A stretch of 64,000 nt of DNA from Macrostomum hystrix (GCA_950097015.1 CATNEN010000001.1:2046001-2110000); one strand, 5' to 3'. Counted from the first letter of the stretch, positions 12,001 to 25,600 are shown. Notes: generated by a model not told the origin, from the letters alone. Program-made: numbers and translations.

Positions 12001-13868
12001 ATCATAACTTAGAAAACGCACTTACGCTACATTCAGCCGAGGACTACTGCTAGTAACTACTAGTGGTCCTTGATTACAGAATCGAAATTGTGTCAATACA
12101 AAAATGCAATGGGGTGTACATAGCGGTAAATCCCACTTAAGCTTTTATTTAATTTCAACACTCAATAGAAAGCAGCATGACTATGAGTGGAGCTGAAACT
12201 GTCATAGGCATGTAGAGGAAATCTATATTTTCTGTAAGTACGCACGTAATCAGCTTCGAATATCCTTCAAAGGAAGGATATATCCTTCATATCCTTGTCG
12301 AAGACCCAGGTGACAAGGACAGATAACATTGCTTATTATAAACCTTCACGTCACCATATTGGTTCAATTATAAAAAAACTAACAATAGAATCAATGCAAC
12401 AGCCCACAAAAATAGCGCATATGAAACCATGATGAAATTTTGTGAGCAGAAATATGATGCCACGACGAGAATCGTTGAATATCTCGACTATGCCGTTGTT
12501 TTGTGATTCTGGAAATCACTTTACCGTCAACAAATGAACATTTTAGTTACTGTTCTGGATCTTCATGGCGATTCGTTGAACACTTTGGCGATGCAGAAAA
12601 ACGAAAAAGTGATATTTCAAATACCCAAAGTGCTCTTTGGGTAGAAATTTGATAGAAATAGGAATAAATTTGATAGAAATAGGAAATATGATATAAAAGA
12701 CTACAATTCTAGATTTTTTCAAATGATTTTGTAGCAGACCTCTCTGCTCTCTCTATTTATTGAATTTGGGATTGGTGAGCTGAGTATTTGGGGGGGGATG
12801 GTAGAGTAATTTTTTGAGGGTGAGAGTAGGTATTTTTCCACGCTGTTCGGGTTATACTCGTACCTAAGGTAGCGCTAATGCCCGAGCGGCAAGACACTAG
12901 CTACTAATGGGAGCGGAATTTACTGCTGCTGGCACGAGGGCTAAGGTCACTGATCTGGGGCACACAGTCCGTGGGGCGTATCAGGATAGATTAAAGTTGC
13001 CTGGTGAACGACCTTCGCGCTTTCACTTACTTTCCTCTATGGGGTCCGTGATTAGTACAATCTCATGAGGGATAAAGGCGGAGTTTTAGGGACTTCAGGG
13101 GGTATTTAGGGAACTTTTAGGTGGACTTCAGATAGACTTCAGGTGGACTTTTGGACGGGATTTTAGGACGGTATATTGGGATTTCAAAGGGATCATATAA
13201 TAGGGTGGGTTTTGGTAAAGAAGGCCGACGAGAGATCTTTGGGAGAGGATTGGGAAGGCAGAGGTATCTTTAACTGTTTTCCTTTTCTTAGGAAAATAAC
13301 TCAGAAACTCGGTCTATTTAATAGCGAAACTGGAATAGAGATTGGGAGTGGAATCGCTTATATTTCGTTGTATCGAATGTAGAGCTAAACGTTGAGAACG
13401 TATAGAATGTAAAGTAGGTCAAACAGGTAGCGGACGGTTAAGCAAGGTAAGCAAGGGTGCGCAAGGGTGAGGCAAGGTAAAGATCGCATTTATTTTCTCT
13501 CTATATATACACAAAGAAATTGGGGTGGGTGCATGTTTCTACTTTAAGAGTAATAAAACGCACAAAGAGCTCGGCGTGATATAACGATATTTAGCTAGCG
13601 CGTGAGGAAAAATGGCGGGAATTTAAAATTATAAAGAAAACCTATTTTATTTTATACACTGCCTCAATTTGAACACTTGAACACTTTGAACACTTTGGCG
13701 ATGCAATAAAGGAAAAGTGGGTATTTCAAATACCCGAAGTGGTCTTTCTTTTGTTCATTCCTTCGTAATGGAAAGTTTTTTAAAAGGACAAAAATTGTAA
13801 ATTAACAGTACAGTTTTCACTCGTAGTTACTCGTGATCGTGATTCCGAATGAAAGACTGCACACAAAA

Positions 13869-16321
13869 TCAGCATGCAGACGGCAGCAGTTGCAGCACAA
13901 CTTGTCCATGCTGACTGTCGCTGTTGCCACCAGTGACGGCAGTACAGTCGACACCGTCACAGAAGGAGCCGCCTCCGCCGCCAGCGAGATTCTGTCCAAT
14001 TCCAGCGCCGCCCCCGCTGTATCCTCCGCCGGCACCTGCGGCACCCTTGCCGCCTCCGCTGCCGCCGCCGCCACCGCCACCACCAAAGCCGCCAACTCCG
14101 GTGTTGCCACTTCCAGCGATGCCACCCGTCCAGCTTTGATTTGGGCCTCCGCCTCGGTCACCGTCGTTGGCACTGCTCCTCGAGTTCACGGCCTGACCCA
14201 GCCAGCCAGCACCGCAGCCTCCGTGATTGCTGCTGGAGGGTGTGTCGCTAGGGTTATTAAATCCCGGACTACCATTCGTCCCACCAAAGCCAGCATTAGA
14301 GCCAGGATTAGTTGAATCCGATCCGTTCACACTCGACTGGCCGGGAAAGCCTAGGAAATCAGGTCAGTGAACAGTTTGCAAATTCAAATAGGCATTGGCC
14401 AGTAGCTAAAAGCAGTGGTGCCAATGTTACACACAGGTGCCTGGTTATGGGTATTCTGTTCGATTGATGCTTACATGTCAATCTCGGCAGCATACTGGGA
14501 ATGTTTCAGTCAAGAGAGTACTACTCCAACTCCTACTGCTTATAGTAACATTTGCAGGAGGGCTTTGAACACAGGCATTCTATTTGATAACATTTGAACC
14601 TCAGCCTGAGACAGACAATACCAAGTCTTGGAGTCTGCCAAGCGACACGCGGGACCGAAAATTCCTTAAGAAAACGGAAGTGGACGCTCGTAAACCAAAG
14701 TGGAAAGCGATATAAGTCACATTTAATTGTGAATGGTACAGTGAGAACTGCCAGGGTTGTATTTGTGAATTCGCTTTTTTAATTCTTGAGTTTTACAGTG
14801 TTGATGCGTTTGCATCTAGCGCTAAGGTCCCTGAGCTCGATTCCGCAGCCGTTTGCCCTTGAGGGCAAACCACCAAGGCACAGTGAGAGTGTGCAAAACC
14901 TGACGATGAGAAAGTCAGGAAAGATGTACAGACCTGTGTGAGTGACTGCGTACACTATCTATGTGCATGAGGGTTTAGGAGTCAGCTGGCTACTGGGAAA
15001 ATTCGTCTCTTCGCTGGCTGCATCTAGTATCACCGAATAATGTACCTTTGCGAGCAGCCCTAAAAAGCTGTCTAAAAAAATAGTTTGTACGAGCTCGGGG
15101 ACGTTCTAGTTTACAATTAATGCCAGCTTTGTTAGAAAAACCGACCTGAGTGAGCTATCGACGCCCCTCCTCCGCCTCCCGCCGCTACCAGTGGGCGATT
15201 TGCACCTTTGACATACACGAAGCTGCCACCTCCTCCGCCGCCGCCGCTGCTGCCATCCGTGGCTGGTCCTCCGGCCTGGCCGACAAGAATCGACAGCTGG
15301 ACGCCGGCAGTCAGGTTGAAGCGGCCCGACATGAAGGCTCCGCTGCCGCCAGTTGTGCCGGTGAAGCTGTTAGAGCCGCCCGCAGCGCCCCAGGCGTTGA
15401 TGCTGTAGCAGCCGGTGAAGTTGATTGACAGCTGCTGGATGGAGCCCAGCCTGCCCGAGTTGGAATCTGAGAGACAGTTTCAGCGATTGTGTGAATTCAG
15501 TTAACAGGCTTTAAGCTGAGGTCTGATAATAATTTTATTTTCCAACGAAACTGCGTCCAAAGTTTATTAAGTTAGCGTAGAAAATTCTTTGCTAATAGGC
15601 GGTATAAAATTTCATCGTAGTGTTTTTCATAATCAGTGAACAGTTTAGGAAGCAGCACATGTTTGAGAATGCTCCTTGTGAAATCAGGGGACAACAGTGA
15701 GCACGATTCTACCGTAAAAAGCATAAATGCTGTGAAAAATTTAATATAAAACTTAACAATTTAATACTGAAGGCTCACTGTTAAACTTGTAGAGGAGCAT
15801 TCTGCTCAGCAGCACTTCCTGGAAGTTCCACAGCTTCCACACCTTAGCTCCGGGCTCGACGCCGACCGTTCTGGTCACGTGACTGGCATTCAACCTCCGC
15901 GTGCCGTTGGACTCGTCGTTCAAGAAGACCAGCTGGCAGACACCGGCGCTGTCGATCACGCTGACGGCTGCGCAGTCTCTCTCGGAGCACAGGTTCAGGC
16001 AGCCGATCTCCTTGCTCCAGGCGGTCTCGTTGATGACATCAGAGCTGACAGCCGAGCTGATGATCAGCGGGCTGGGAGCGGCGTGCTCGACGAAGGTTGC
16101 AGCGTTGCAGAGCAGAGCACTGCTAACTAAGAATTTAAGATGGTTTTTGTCTGTTCAATTCGTGCAACTGAGCAGCATGTTCCTGATATAGTTCAATTTC
16201 CATACCCAGTGCCTTAATAGATTAAGCAGCGATCATTTCATTTACTTAAGCAGTAGTAAATAATTATCTGAAAACGGTTACCTGAAGTTAGAACTTGCAG
16301 TAGTTCGCCAATGAATCTCAT
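13869..16321 (-). CDS. A-type PAN + ALK-like Gly-rich protein, intact, 396 aa (exons 16321-16282, 16126-15779, 15466-15146, 14350-13869); inverted duplicate of 1960-4404
   Basis: Same exon sizes and splice sites as 1960-4404; near-identical introns. Confidence 0.87.
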
Positions 16322-16890
16322 ATCAAGTCGAGTTTTTGTGACGTTATTGCTAAGTTTTTGTTTGTCGTTAAATTTGTTTCACTTTTGCCTTGGTTTTCGC
16401 TGTCTCTGCTGTCAGGTCTCAGGTAGAAGCCATCGGAAGCTAATTGGCTCTCCTATATAGTCTACAGGAAGCGCTGATCCTTCCACTATATCCTTCCACT
16501 ATACTAAAAATGAAATGGTTGGTTGGTTGGTTGTAATTGATTTTCTCCCAAACGGCTCAACCGATTTTCACAATTTCTTCACCAAAAGATTCCAAATATG
16601 CGGACAATTATACACGTATTTTTATTAAGCTTAACTTTGTTGCTAAGGGGATTAAATATTCGAAAAACTGTTTTAGATAGGATTTTTAATGCATTATATC
16701 AGAGCCAGTTTTGTCAACGTGCATACCACTGCCAATTTTAATGATTGCATCAGGGCCAGTTTAGTTAAAAGTGAGCACAACGATAAGAATTTCGCTGTGT
16801 CAAATGTACATAGCTGTACTGCCAACCTCACTGGCAAGACAGTCAGTTGCGAATTTATAATTAGATTACATCACAGCTTTTCTCACCCGC

Positions 16891-16894
<4 letters not shown>

Positions 16895-16948
<54 letters not shown>
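16895..16948. repeat. (GT)n microsatellite
   Basis: Directly visible. Confidence 0.95.
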
Positions 16949-16951
<3 letters not shown>

Positions 16952-17089
16952 ATTTGAATAGGTAAAATGTGCGTAGCAGACTTCAATTCAACGATATATA
17001 GTCAAATTCAAGCGAGAAATCTACTCCTTTCTTACTACGATATATATAAATCATCTAACGTTGTCTCAATTTCAATCGAGAGAAGTGTC

Positions 17090-17600
17090 CAACAGTTTTC
17101 TAAATATGTCTAAAAGTTTTTTAAGTGTGTTTAACAGTTTTCTAAAGGTGTTTAACAGTTTTCTAACTGTGTATATCAGTTTTCTAAATGTGTTTCACAG
17201 TTTTCTAACTGTGTTTACCAGTTTTCTAACTGTGTTTACCAGTTTTCTAAATGTGTTTAACAGTTTTCTAACTGTGTATATCAGTTTTCTAAATGTGTTT
17301 CACAGTTTTCTAACTGTGTTTACCTGTTTTCTAAATGTGTTTAACAGTTTTCTAACTGTGTATATCAGTTTTCTAAATGTGTTTCACAGTTTTCTAACTG
17401 TGTTTACCAGTTTTCTAAATGTGTTTAACAGTTTTCTAAATGTGTTTCACAGTTTTCTAACTGTGTTTACCAGTTTTCTAAATGTGTTTAACAGTTTTCT
17501 AAATGTGTTTTTTAGTTTTCTAAAAGTGTTTATCAGTTTTTCAATTAGGTTTACCAGTTTTCTAATTTTTTGAACAGTTTTTCAAATGTGTCTAAAAGTT
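17090..17600. repeat. 21-bp minisatellite (AACAGTTTTCTAAATGTGTTT-like)
   Basis: Tandem units; produces the spurious FNSFLNV ORF. Confidence 0.9.
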
Positions 17601-19054
17601 TTCTAAAAGTGTCCAATAATTACCACTTTTCTTAATGCGTTTTAAAGTTTTTAAATATGTTGAACGGTTAATAATGGTTATTTGCTGCTGGGGGGATTAG
17701 ATCTCTGCTGGGGGTGAATTAGTTCTCTGCTGCTGGGGGTATTAGAAGAGGGAAGAACCCTCTTCCCCAAATCCCTCTGCCCTAAATCCCTCTTCTTCAC
17801 ATCCTACTTCCCCATATCATTCTCACTAAACCCCTATCTTTCCAACATAGCATTCTTCCAAACTAATATATCCCCAAATTCAAACTTCCCCACATCTCAT
17901 CTTTCCCATATTCCCCCGCTGCCTAACTTCCTTTCTCTGTCCCCTTCCTCCCCACATCACCTAGTCCCGACTTCCCTTCTGTATCTTCTATTCCCCTCTT
18001 CCCTAAACATCGGGGCTAGATACAAGTCACAAGCGACAAACTTGCCTCGCAAAATTGGCGATAAAGTGTAATCGGAAGCGAAAAGCTTAGAGGAAAACGA
18101 GAGAAAATTGCGGTAGAATTTCACCAGGACTTTTGTTTGATTTACACAGAAAGGCAGGTAAACACGTGTAAAAATAGAATAGCTCTGCCAAGTAATACGA
18201 TATCATAAAAAATGTTAAAATCAGTGATGTGTCACTAATGCATAGCATTGCATAAATGCACCGCTGCTTTAATCATTGCCGACGTTGTAAACAAACAGAG
18301 AACTGTATAAAAATGCTTCATCCTACTAAAATTCAAAACTATCTATATCGATTTTCTCAAAAACGGCTCAACCGATTTTCACCATTTCTTCACCAAAAGA
18401 TGCCAAATATGGGGACAATTATCCACGTATTTTTATTCAGCTTAACTTCATTGCTAAGGGGATTAAATATTCGACAAACTGTTTAGATAGGATTTTTAAT
18501 GCATTCAAGCAGGGCCAGTTTTGTCAACGTGCATACCACTGGCAATTTTAATGATTGCATCAGGGCCAGTTTTGTTAAAAGTGAGTACACTGATAAGAAT
18601 CTCACTGTGTCAACCCCACTGGCGAGACAGTCAGTGCGAATTTATTTATAAATAGATTGCATCACAGCTTTTCTCACCTGTGTCAGAATTTCACTGACTG
18701 CCGCTAAATTGGAATTGCATCGTCAACTTGCGCAACACCCCTAGCTGACTGAGTTAGAAGCCTGCACAATCTAAACACAAATTTGAAGTGAATGTACACA
18801 ACCTAAGTGTACTCGATTTGTACAAAGCCAGAACTTTGAGAATTCATTTATAAGGCTAATTTTTGCATCTAATTTTGGAGTAGCCGATGTGTAGGCACTA
18901 AGAATAGGTTAGGCTAGGTTAGGCGAAGTGTCCTTGGTTCGACTCTTCACTGCATCAAATATTTAAATTAATTGTCAGTAAGTAGTGATGGATGCAAAAG
19001 CAATTTTTTTAATTTTCATTTGAAAATAAGGGGGAAACTTGCGTGGAAAAACAA

Positions 19055-19915
19055 GAGTTTGAATCATGGCAAAACCAGTTTGAATCATGGCTAAGCCAGT
19101 TTGAATCATGGCTAAGCCAGTTTGAATCAGGGCTAAACCAGCGTTTAAATCATGGCTAAACCAGAGTTTGATTCATAGCCAACCAGAGTTTGAATCATAG
19201 CCCACAAGAGTTTCAATCATGGCTAAACCAGAGTTTGAATCATAGCCCACAAGAGTTTCAATCATGACAAAACCAGAGTTTGAATCATAGCCAACCAGAG
19301 TTTGAATCATTGCCCACCAGAGTTTCAATCATGGCTAAACCAGTTTGAATCATGGCTAAACCAGCGTTTAAATCATGGCTAAACCAGAGTTTGATTCATA
19401 GCCAACCAGAGTTTGAATCATAGCCCACAAGAGTTTCAATCATGACAAAACCAGAGTTTGAATCATAGCCAACCAGAGTTTGAATCATTGCCCACCAGAG
19501 TTTCAATCATGGCAAAACCAGAGTTTGAATCATAGCCAACCAGAGTTTGAATCATGGCTAAATCAGAGTTTGAATCATAGCCCACAAGAGTTTCAATCAT
19601 GAAAAAACCAGAGTTTGAATCATAGCCAACCAGAGTTTGAATCATTGTCCACCAGAGTTTCAATCATGGCTAAACCAGAGTTTTAATCATAGCCAACCAG
19701 AGTTTGAATCATAGCCAACCAGAGTTTTAATCATAGCTAAACCAGAGTTTGAATCATAGCTAACCAGAGTTTGAATCATGACATAACTAGAGTTTGAATC
19801 ATGGCTAAACCAGAGTTTGAATCATAGCCAACCAGAGTTTTAATCATAGCTAAACCCGAGTTTGAATCATAGCCAACCACAGTTTAAATCATGGCTAAAG
19901 CAGAGTTTGACTCAT
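19055..19915. repeat. Approximately 22-bp minisatellite (AACCAGAGTTTGAATCATAGCC-like)
   Basis: Tandem units visible. Confidence 0.9.
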
Positions 19916-19989
19916 GGATAATATTTATTTAATGTTGTTATTCTCAATTTTCTACAAAAGCAGCTAATATAAAAATTCAACTGAGGAAC

Positions 19990-20475
19990 ATTGTCAACTG
20001 GGAATCATCATCAAATGGGGGATCAAGGTAAACTGGGGGATCATTGTCAACTGGGGGATCATTGTCAACTGGGGGATCATGGTCAACTGGGGGATCGTTG
20101 TCAACTGGGGAGTCGTCATCAAATGGGGGATCATTGTCACTGGGGGATCATTGTCAACTGGGGGATCATTGTCAACTAGGGGATCATTGTCAACTGAGGG
20201 ATCATGGTCAACTGGGGGACAATTTTCAACTGGGGATCGTTGTCAACTGGGGGGATCATGGTCAACTGGGGGACCATTTTCAACTGGGGATCGTTGTCAA
20301 CTGGGATCATCATCAATGGGGAGTCATCATCAGATGGGGGATCATTGTCAACTGGGGGATCATGGTCAACTGGGGGATCATTGTCAACTGGGTGATCATT
20401 GTCAACTGGGGGATCATTGTCAACTGGGGGGATCATTGTCAACTGGGTGATCATTGTCAACTGGGGGATCATTGT
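19990..20475. repeat. 18-bp minisatellite (GGGGGATCATTGTCAACT-like)
   Basis: Tandem units visible. Confidence 0.9.
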
Positions 20476-21262
20476 AGCTTTAAAAAGGCTGAAAATACAG
20501 CTGCTAAAAGTATATACTGGACGAGTTAAAAATATTTCTGCTCCCCGAAGGGCGGCAAAACTTGCTAGTAATTATTCTCCATGTGAAGTAGCAGCAACTG
20601 CCTTTACCAATCGGCTTTGCTAATTAAGCCGCAATCGTCACTGCTGAACGACTTGCGCGCTGAATTCAGCGAGGCCAGCTTCCACAGAGCCTCATTATTT
20701 CTTTCAAGTATTTTATAAGCAGAAGACAAAGTGTGGAACACTGGTAAGCCTTCAAATTAGTCTGTCAGGTAGAAAATGCGTTTCTGAGAAAGGCTTGGAC
20801 TTTAGTTCATGCATTTTTGGATATATTCCGATTGACGCAAATTTTAAGCCCACTTTTAAGTATTTTGCTTACCGATGAAAAATTTACTTGCACAGCCTGT
20901 TGCATTGTACAGTTTCTCGTGAGCCTATTGCCATTTGCTGCTCACAAACCTTGTACCGCTAGTAGCTATTCTAGAGTTTTTTATAAAGAGCCATTGTAAT
21001 TCCGACTCTAGTTAGCTCAGATTTGGGGTCAATTTCCGAAAATAGTTGCTCCCGTCTCTTTCTCGCGTTCTGCTGCATTAGTGTCTTAGGCTGTAATCGA
21101 CGATGAATTCGACTGAAAACGGAACAGCACAAAATTTTTAGGCATTTTCGTGCACATAAATGACTTTTTTATTCCTTTTTCATGTATTTTCTTTATGTCT
21201 TTGGGAGTCAGTAAAATCTATAAATATAAATATATCTGCATATTTATATTTTTATGGGTTTG

Positions 21263-22124
21263 TGTAGTGAGCCGTAGCTTAGGTGGCTCCCTTTTCCCGG
21301 CACTGAGTGGCTGTCCGGCCCGCCCTCTCTGGCGCTGTCCGGTCTTTGCCTTCTTTGTCCTCCCTTTCCCGCGGCAGCGCTTGCACTTAGAGTGTGTTGT
21401 CTCTCCCCCAGGGAGGAGTCATCACCTCTTTGTCCTGCGCTGGCCAGTCCCTTTCTTTGTGTGCGCGTTTGTCTGCACTCAGTCAGCGCATGATTCTCCT
21501 CATGTGACTGGCCTCTCTCTTTGTCTCCTAAAGTGCACGTAAACATGTTTACTGCACTTGGGGCTTTGATTATGGGACAGGAGCCTACGTTGGAGTGACG
21601 TTTCTGGCGCCACTGACGTCAGTTGCTATTTTTAGAAACCACGTGATTTCATCACGTGTTTTCTAACTATGCACTGACCCTATGGGAGGCCCCTGCCTAT
21701 AAAAGAAAGGCCCCGCTCCTCTGGTTCTCTATCCCTTGTCTATCCCTTGTTTAAACCTTCTCTTCATAACCGTCGTTCTTAACTTGTTCTCTGTGCCATC
21801 AGTGTCTAAGTTTCCTACTTCAGTCTCTGCATGTGACTGCTCGTAAGCTCAGTTCTGGCTAAGTCCCGAAACTAACTTAGCCTTCCACCCCACCATCCGA
21901 GCTACGCAGGACACTGACAGCCTGTAATTGCAACTGAAACTCTGCACTGTGTGCTTCTCGAGACTTCGTGACTTCGTTTCTTTCGGGCCAAGGATCCTTC
22001 ACCTCACCGAAGGCAGAAGTCTTGACGCCCTGGTGGCAGCGCTACTACTACACTACCTGATATTCTTGGACTTCATATTGGAGTCCGCCGGATCCTCATT
22101 ATTAGCAGGACGACCGGTACAACA
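21263..22124 (+). mobile_element. Solo LTR-like element (862 bp) at a rearrangement junction
   Basis: Starts TGTAGTG and ends ACAACA; internal cctataaaag TATA at about 21696. Left flank is the reverse complement of about 1131-1795, right flank is the middle of a C-type PAN exon; no TSD. Confidence 0.6.
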
Positions 22125-22615
22125 TCCTGGCGGTCCCGGAGCCACCGAGGCGTCGTTGATGAGCAGCAGCTGGCAGACCCAGTCGCTGACCGATGTCCTC
22201 AGTGCTTTCGCGGCAGCGCAGTCGGTGCATTGGCATGTGGTCAGGCACTCAAACTCCAAGCGAAAGTTATCGGCCGAGGCGTTTAAGACGCGGCTGCTCA
22301 CGGAGTCGTTCAGGCGCAATGCGGAAGACTGCTCGAAGAAGATTCGGCCGCTGTTGACGCCAGCAGAGACATCCGTGAACACTGGGCGAATGTGGGCCAG
22401 AATCAGATTGGCACATGCGCCTGAACACAGTGGCGGAACTTCATGAATGTGACGCCTCCATAAGGCATAAATTTATGACGCTTTCCGAACACTTTATTTT
22501 TCAATCGTAGGTCTTAAGAAAATTGTTGTTAATCCAAATGAATAAATATTTACTCACCAGCATTGCTGAGTGGAAGGAAGCAGCTTAGCAGAATTTTGAA
22601 TGACCCTGTCATCAT
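22125..22615 (-). pseudogene. C-type family gene truncated in exon 2 by the LTR (exon 1 22615-22558; exon 2 22420-22125)
   Basis: Copy of 1-377 (offset 22238); PAN reads ECLTTCQCTDCAAAKALRTSVSDWVCQLLLINDASVAPGPPG, then LTR sequence. Confidence 0.8.
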
Positions 22616-25600
22616 GGCAGTTGTCCTTCCCGTGCTCTAACAGTCTGCTGGTATCGTTGCTGCACTTTTTTCTTCTTTTAGAAGCGACAGATGCCAGAAT
22701 TTCAGTCTTTTGTGCCTGCTTTTAAGTGGCTTGTCCCAATGTCTTTAAGGCCCAGCAAGAACTTTTCCAGACGGAAGCTGAAGTTTTTTATTTCAAGATC
22801 TGAGAACAAAAGCCTTCAACCAGCAATTGGAAAGTTTTGCGAGTTTAGGCCTGTTTGCCTTACGCGCTCTGCGGCACAGCTAACAAGATGAGAAAATTTA
22901 TGAAACCAAGATGGCGATTCAGGTATGAGGAAAGCATTTCCACCGTCTTCTGCACCCAGTAACAGCGGAAGATCGCCTTTTTACCTTGGCCAGTGAAAAT
23001 CTAGTTTTGAATTAAAATTGAGCCACTATGTGCAATAAACCTAAGACTTGGCTCCTTCTAAAATAGAAAGCTGAGATGCACGACTTTCCTCCGGCATGCA
23101 ACCTAAAAGCAATCTTTTAGTTTTCTAGCTTCCATTCTAACGACGAAAATGGCCAGGTAAAAAAGTCCAGAATTACTAATTAAGCGCCTAAAGAATTAGT
23201 AAGGCGTTTAATTATGCAGTGGTCCTACAAGAAGGGAATTATGTATATGATAGTGGCTGCTTAATTGGCATTCTGTGGTTAGAAAGTCTGGCTGCGTTTA
23301 ATGGTCCGAGGCGAGCGAAGCGAGGACTATTGAGCGTGGCGGAGGACTTTTTAACCATAGACTGCAAATTGAGCAGCCACTATTTTATATGAAATTCGAT
23401 GCTGGCTCAGTCAGTCAGTCAGTCAGTCAGTCAGTCAGAGAGAGAGATCAGTCTTGCTAGCTTCGAGTTTATTTGCATCCACGATGGCCGACGCTGAAGA
23501 AGAATTTGACTTTTCTGCATTCTTAGACTCTTTTGAAGCCTCATCCGCCACCGATGTGAAGTTTCTGCCGTTGCTTGATACTACTCGTGTTGGTGAGGTG
23601 TTAAGTGCCGACGACGTGGAGCGTAGGATGGCGGAGAGTTTGCCCGACGCTACGCGTGCGAAGGATAAGTGGGCTGTCAAGGTGTTTCGAACGTGGAAGG
23701 AAAGTCGCGTCCAGTTGCCAGCGCAAGGCGACGTGCCCGGACTCATGGTGATAAAGCCACTTGAGATGCTGTCAAAGTCTGAGGTGAATGAGCTTCTCCA
23801 ATTCTTCGTCTTCAAGATCCGTAAGGAGAATGGAGAGAAATACCCACCGGGTAGTCTCAAGGACTTAGTGGAAATGATTCAGCACTATTATGTCTACACC
23901 TTGAAGTAGCAGATGTCTATCTGGACGGACGCCGAATTTGCAACTACGCGGAGGGCCCTGGATGCTGCTATGCGTGAGACCGCCAAGGAAGGGAACATGA
24001 ATGGGAGTCGGACTGCCGCCCCTATTGCTGCTGTGGATGAGGCCTCACTTTGGGATCGCGGAATGCTCGGAGATAGTACGCCTAAGAAGCTGCTAAAGAA
24101 TTAGTAAGGCGTTTAATTATGCAGTGGTCCTACAAGAAGGGAATTATGCACTATTCTCCAGAATAACTCGAACTGATAATTTCAGAAACGTTTCGGGAAA
24201 GTTACGCCGAGCCCCCAAGACCATGAATTTGGCCTCGCGGTGGAATCGAGCTCAGTAAACTTGGTGCGAGAAGCAAACCAATAAAAATATAAATATGCAG
24301 ATATATTTATATTTATAGATTTTACTGACTCCCAAAGACATAAAGAAAAGACATGAAAATAGGAATAATAAGTCATTTATGTGCACGAAAATGCCTAAAA
24401 ATGATGTGCTGTTCCGTTTTCAGTCGAATTCATCGTCGATTACAGCATAAGACACTAATGCAGCAGAACCTGAGAAAGAGACAGGGGAGCAACTCTTTTT
24501 AGAAATTGACCCCAAATCTGAGCTAACTAGAGTCGGAGTTACAATGGCTCTTTATAAAAAACTCTAGAATAGCTACTAACGGTACAAGGTTTGTGAGCAG
24601 CAAATGGCAATAGGCTCACGAGAAACTGTACCTCGCAACAGGCTTGGCTAGTAAATTTTTCAAATTTGCGTCAATCGGAATAGATCCAAAAAGCGTGAAC
24701 TAAAGTCCAAGCCTTTCTCAGAAACGCATTTCTACCTGACAGACTAATTTGAAGGCTTTCCAGTGCTCCACATTATGTCTTCTGCTTCTAAAATACTTGA
24801 AAGAAATAATGAGGCTCTGTAGAAGCTGGCCTCGCTGAATTCAGCACGCAAGTCGTTAAGCAGTGACGATTGCGGCTTAATTAGCAAAGCCGATTGGTAA
24901 AGGCAGTTGCTGCTAGTTCACATGGTGAATAATTATTCATCAGCGCTTCCTGTAGACTATATAGGAGAGCCAATTAGCTTCCGATGGCTTCTACCTGAGA
25001 CCTGAGTTTCGCCGTTTGAGACAGCGAAAACCAAGGCAAAAGTTAAACAAATTGAACAACAAACAAAAACTTAGCAATAACGTCACAAAAACTCGACTTG
25101 ATATGAGATTCATTGGCGAACTACTGCAAGTTCTAACTTCAGGTAACCGTTTTCAGATGATTATTTACTACTGCTTAAGTAAATGAAATGATCGCTGCAT
25201 AATCTATTAAGGCACTGGGTATGGAAATTGAACTATATCAGGAACATGCTGCTCAGTTGCACGAATTGAACAAACAAAAACCATCTCAAATTCTTAGTTA
25301 GCAGTGCTCTGCTCTGCAACGCTGCAACCTTCGTCGAGCACGCCGCTCCCAGCCCGCTGATCATCAGCTCGGCTGTCAGCTCTGATGTCATCAACGAGAC
25401 CGTCTGGAGCAAGGAGCTCGGCTGCCTGAACCTGTGCTCCGAGAGAGACTGCGCAGCCGTCAGCGTGATCGACAGAGCCGGTGTCTGCCAGCTGGTCTTC
25501 TTGAACGACGAGTCCAACGGCACGCGGAGGTCGAATGCCAGTCACGTGACCAGAACGGTCGGCGTCGAGCCCGGAGCTAAGGTGTGGAAGCTGTGGAACT

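Larger units (their letters stand above)
16478..20568 (+). mobile_element. Non-autonomous Helitron (about 4.1 kb, compound) carrying mini/microsatellites
   Basis: Inserted A|TC...CTAG|T without a TSD into the duplicate of about 1790-1800. GC-rich subterminal hairpin (ccccgaagggcgg) just before CTAG. The 5' block with aacggctcaaccgatttt is repeated internally (16540-16890 vs 18350-18680). Confidence 0.75.

Noticed and set aside
12640-13690. Possible additional LTR/retroelement fragment
   Set aside because: The composition looks TE-like, but I could not define termini, a TSD or protein motifs.
17061-20529. Repetitive ORFs (FNSFLNV, GDHCQL, GYDSNS)
   Set aside because: Translations of minisatellites inside a Helitron.
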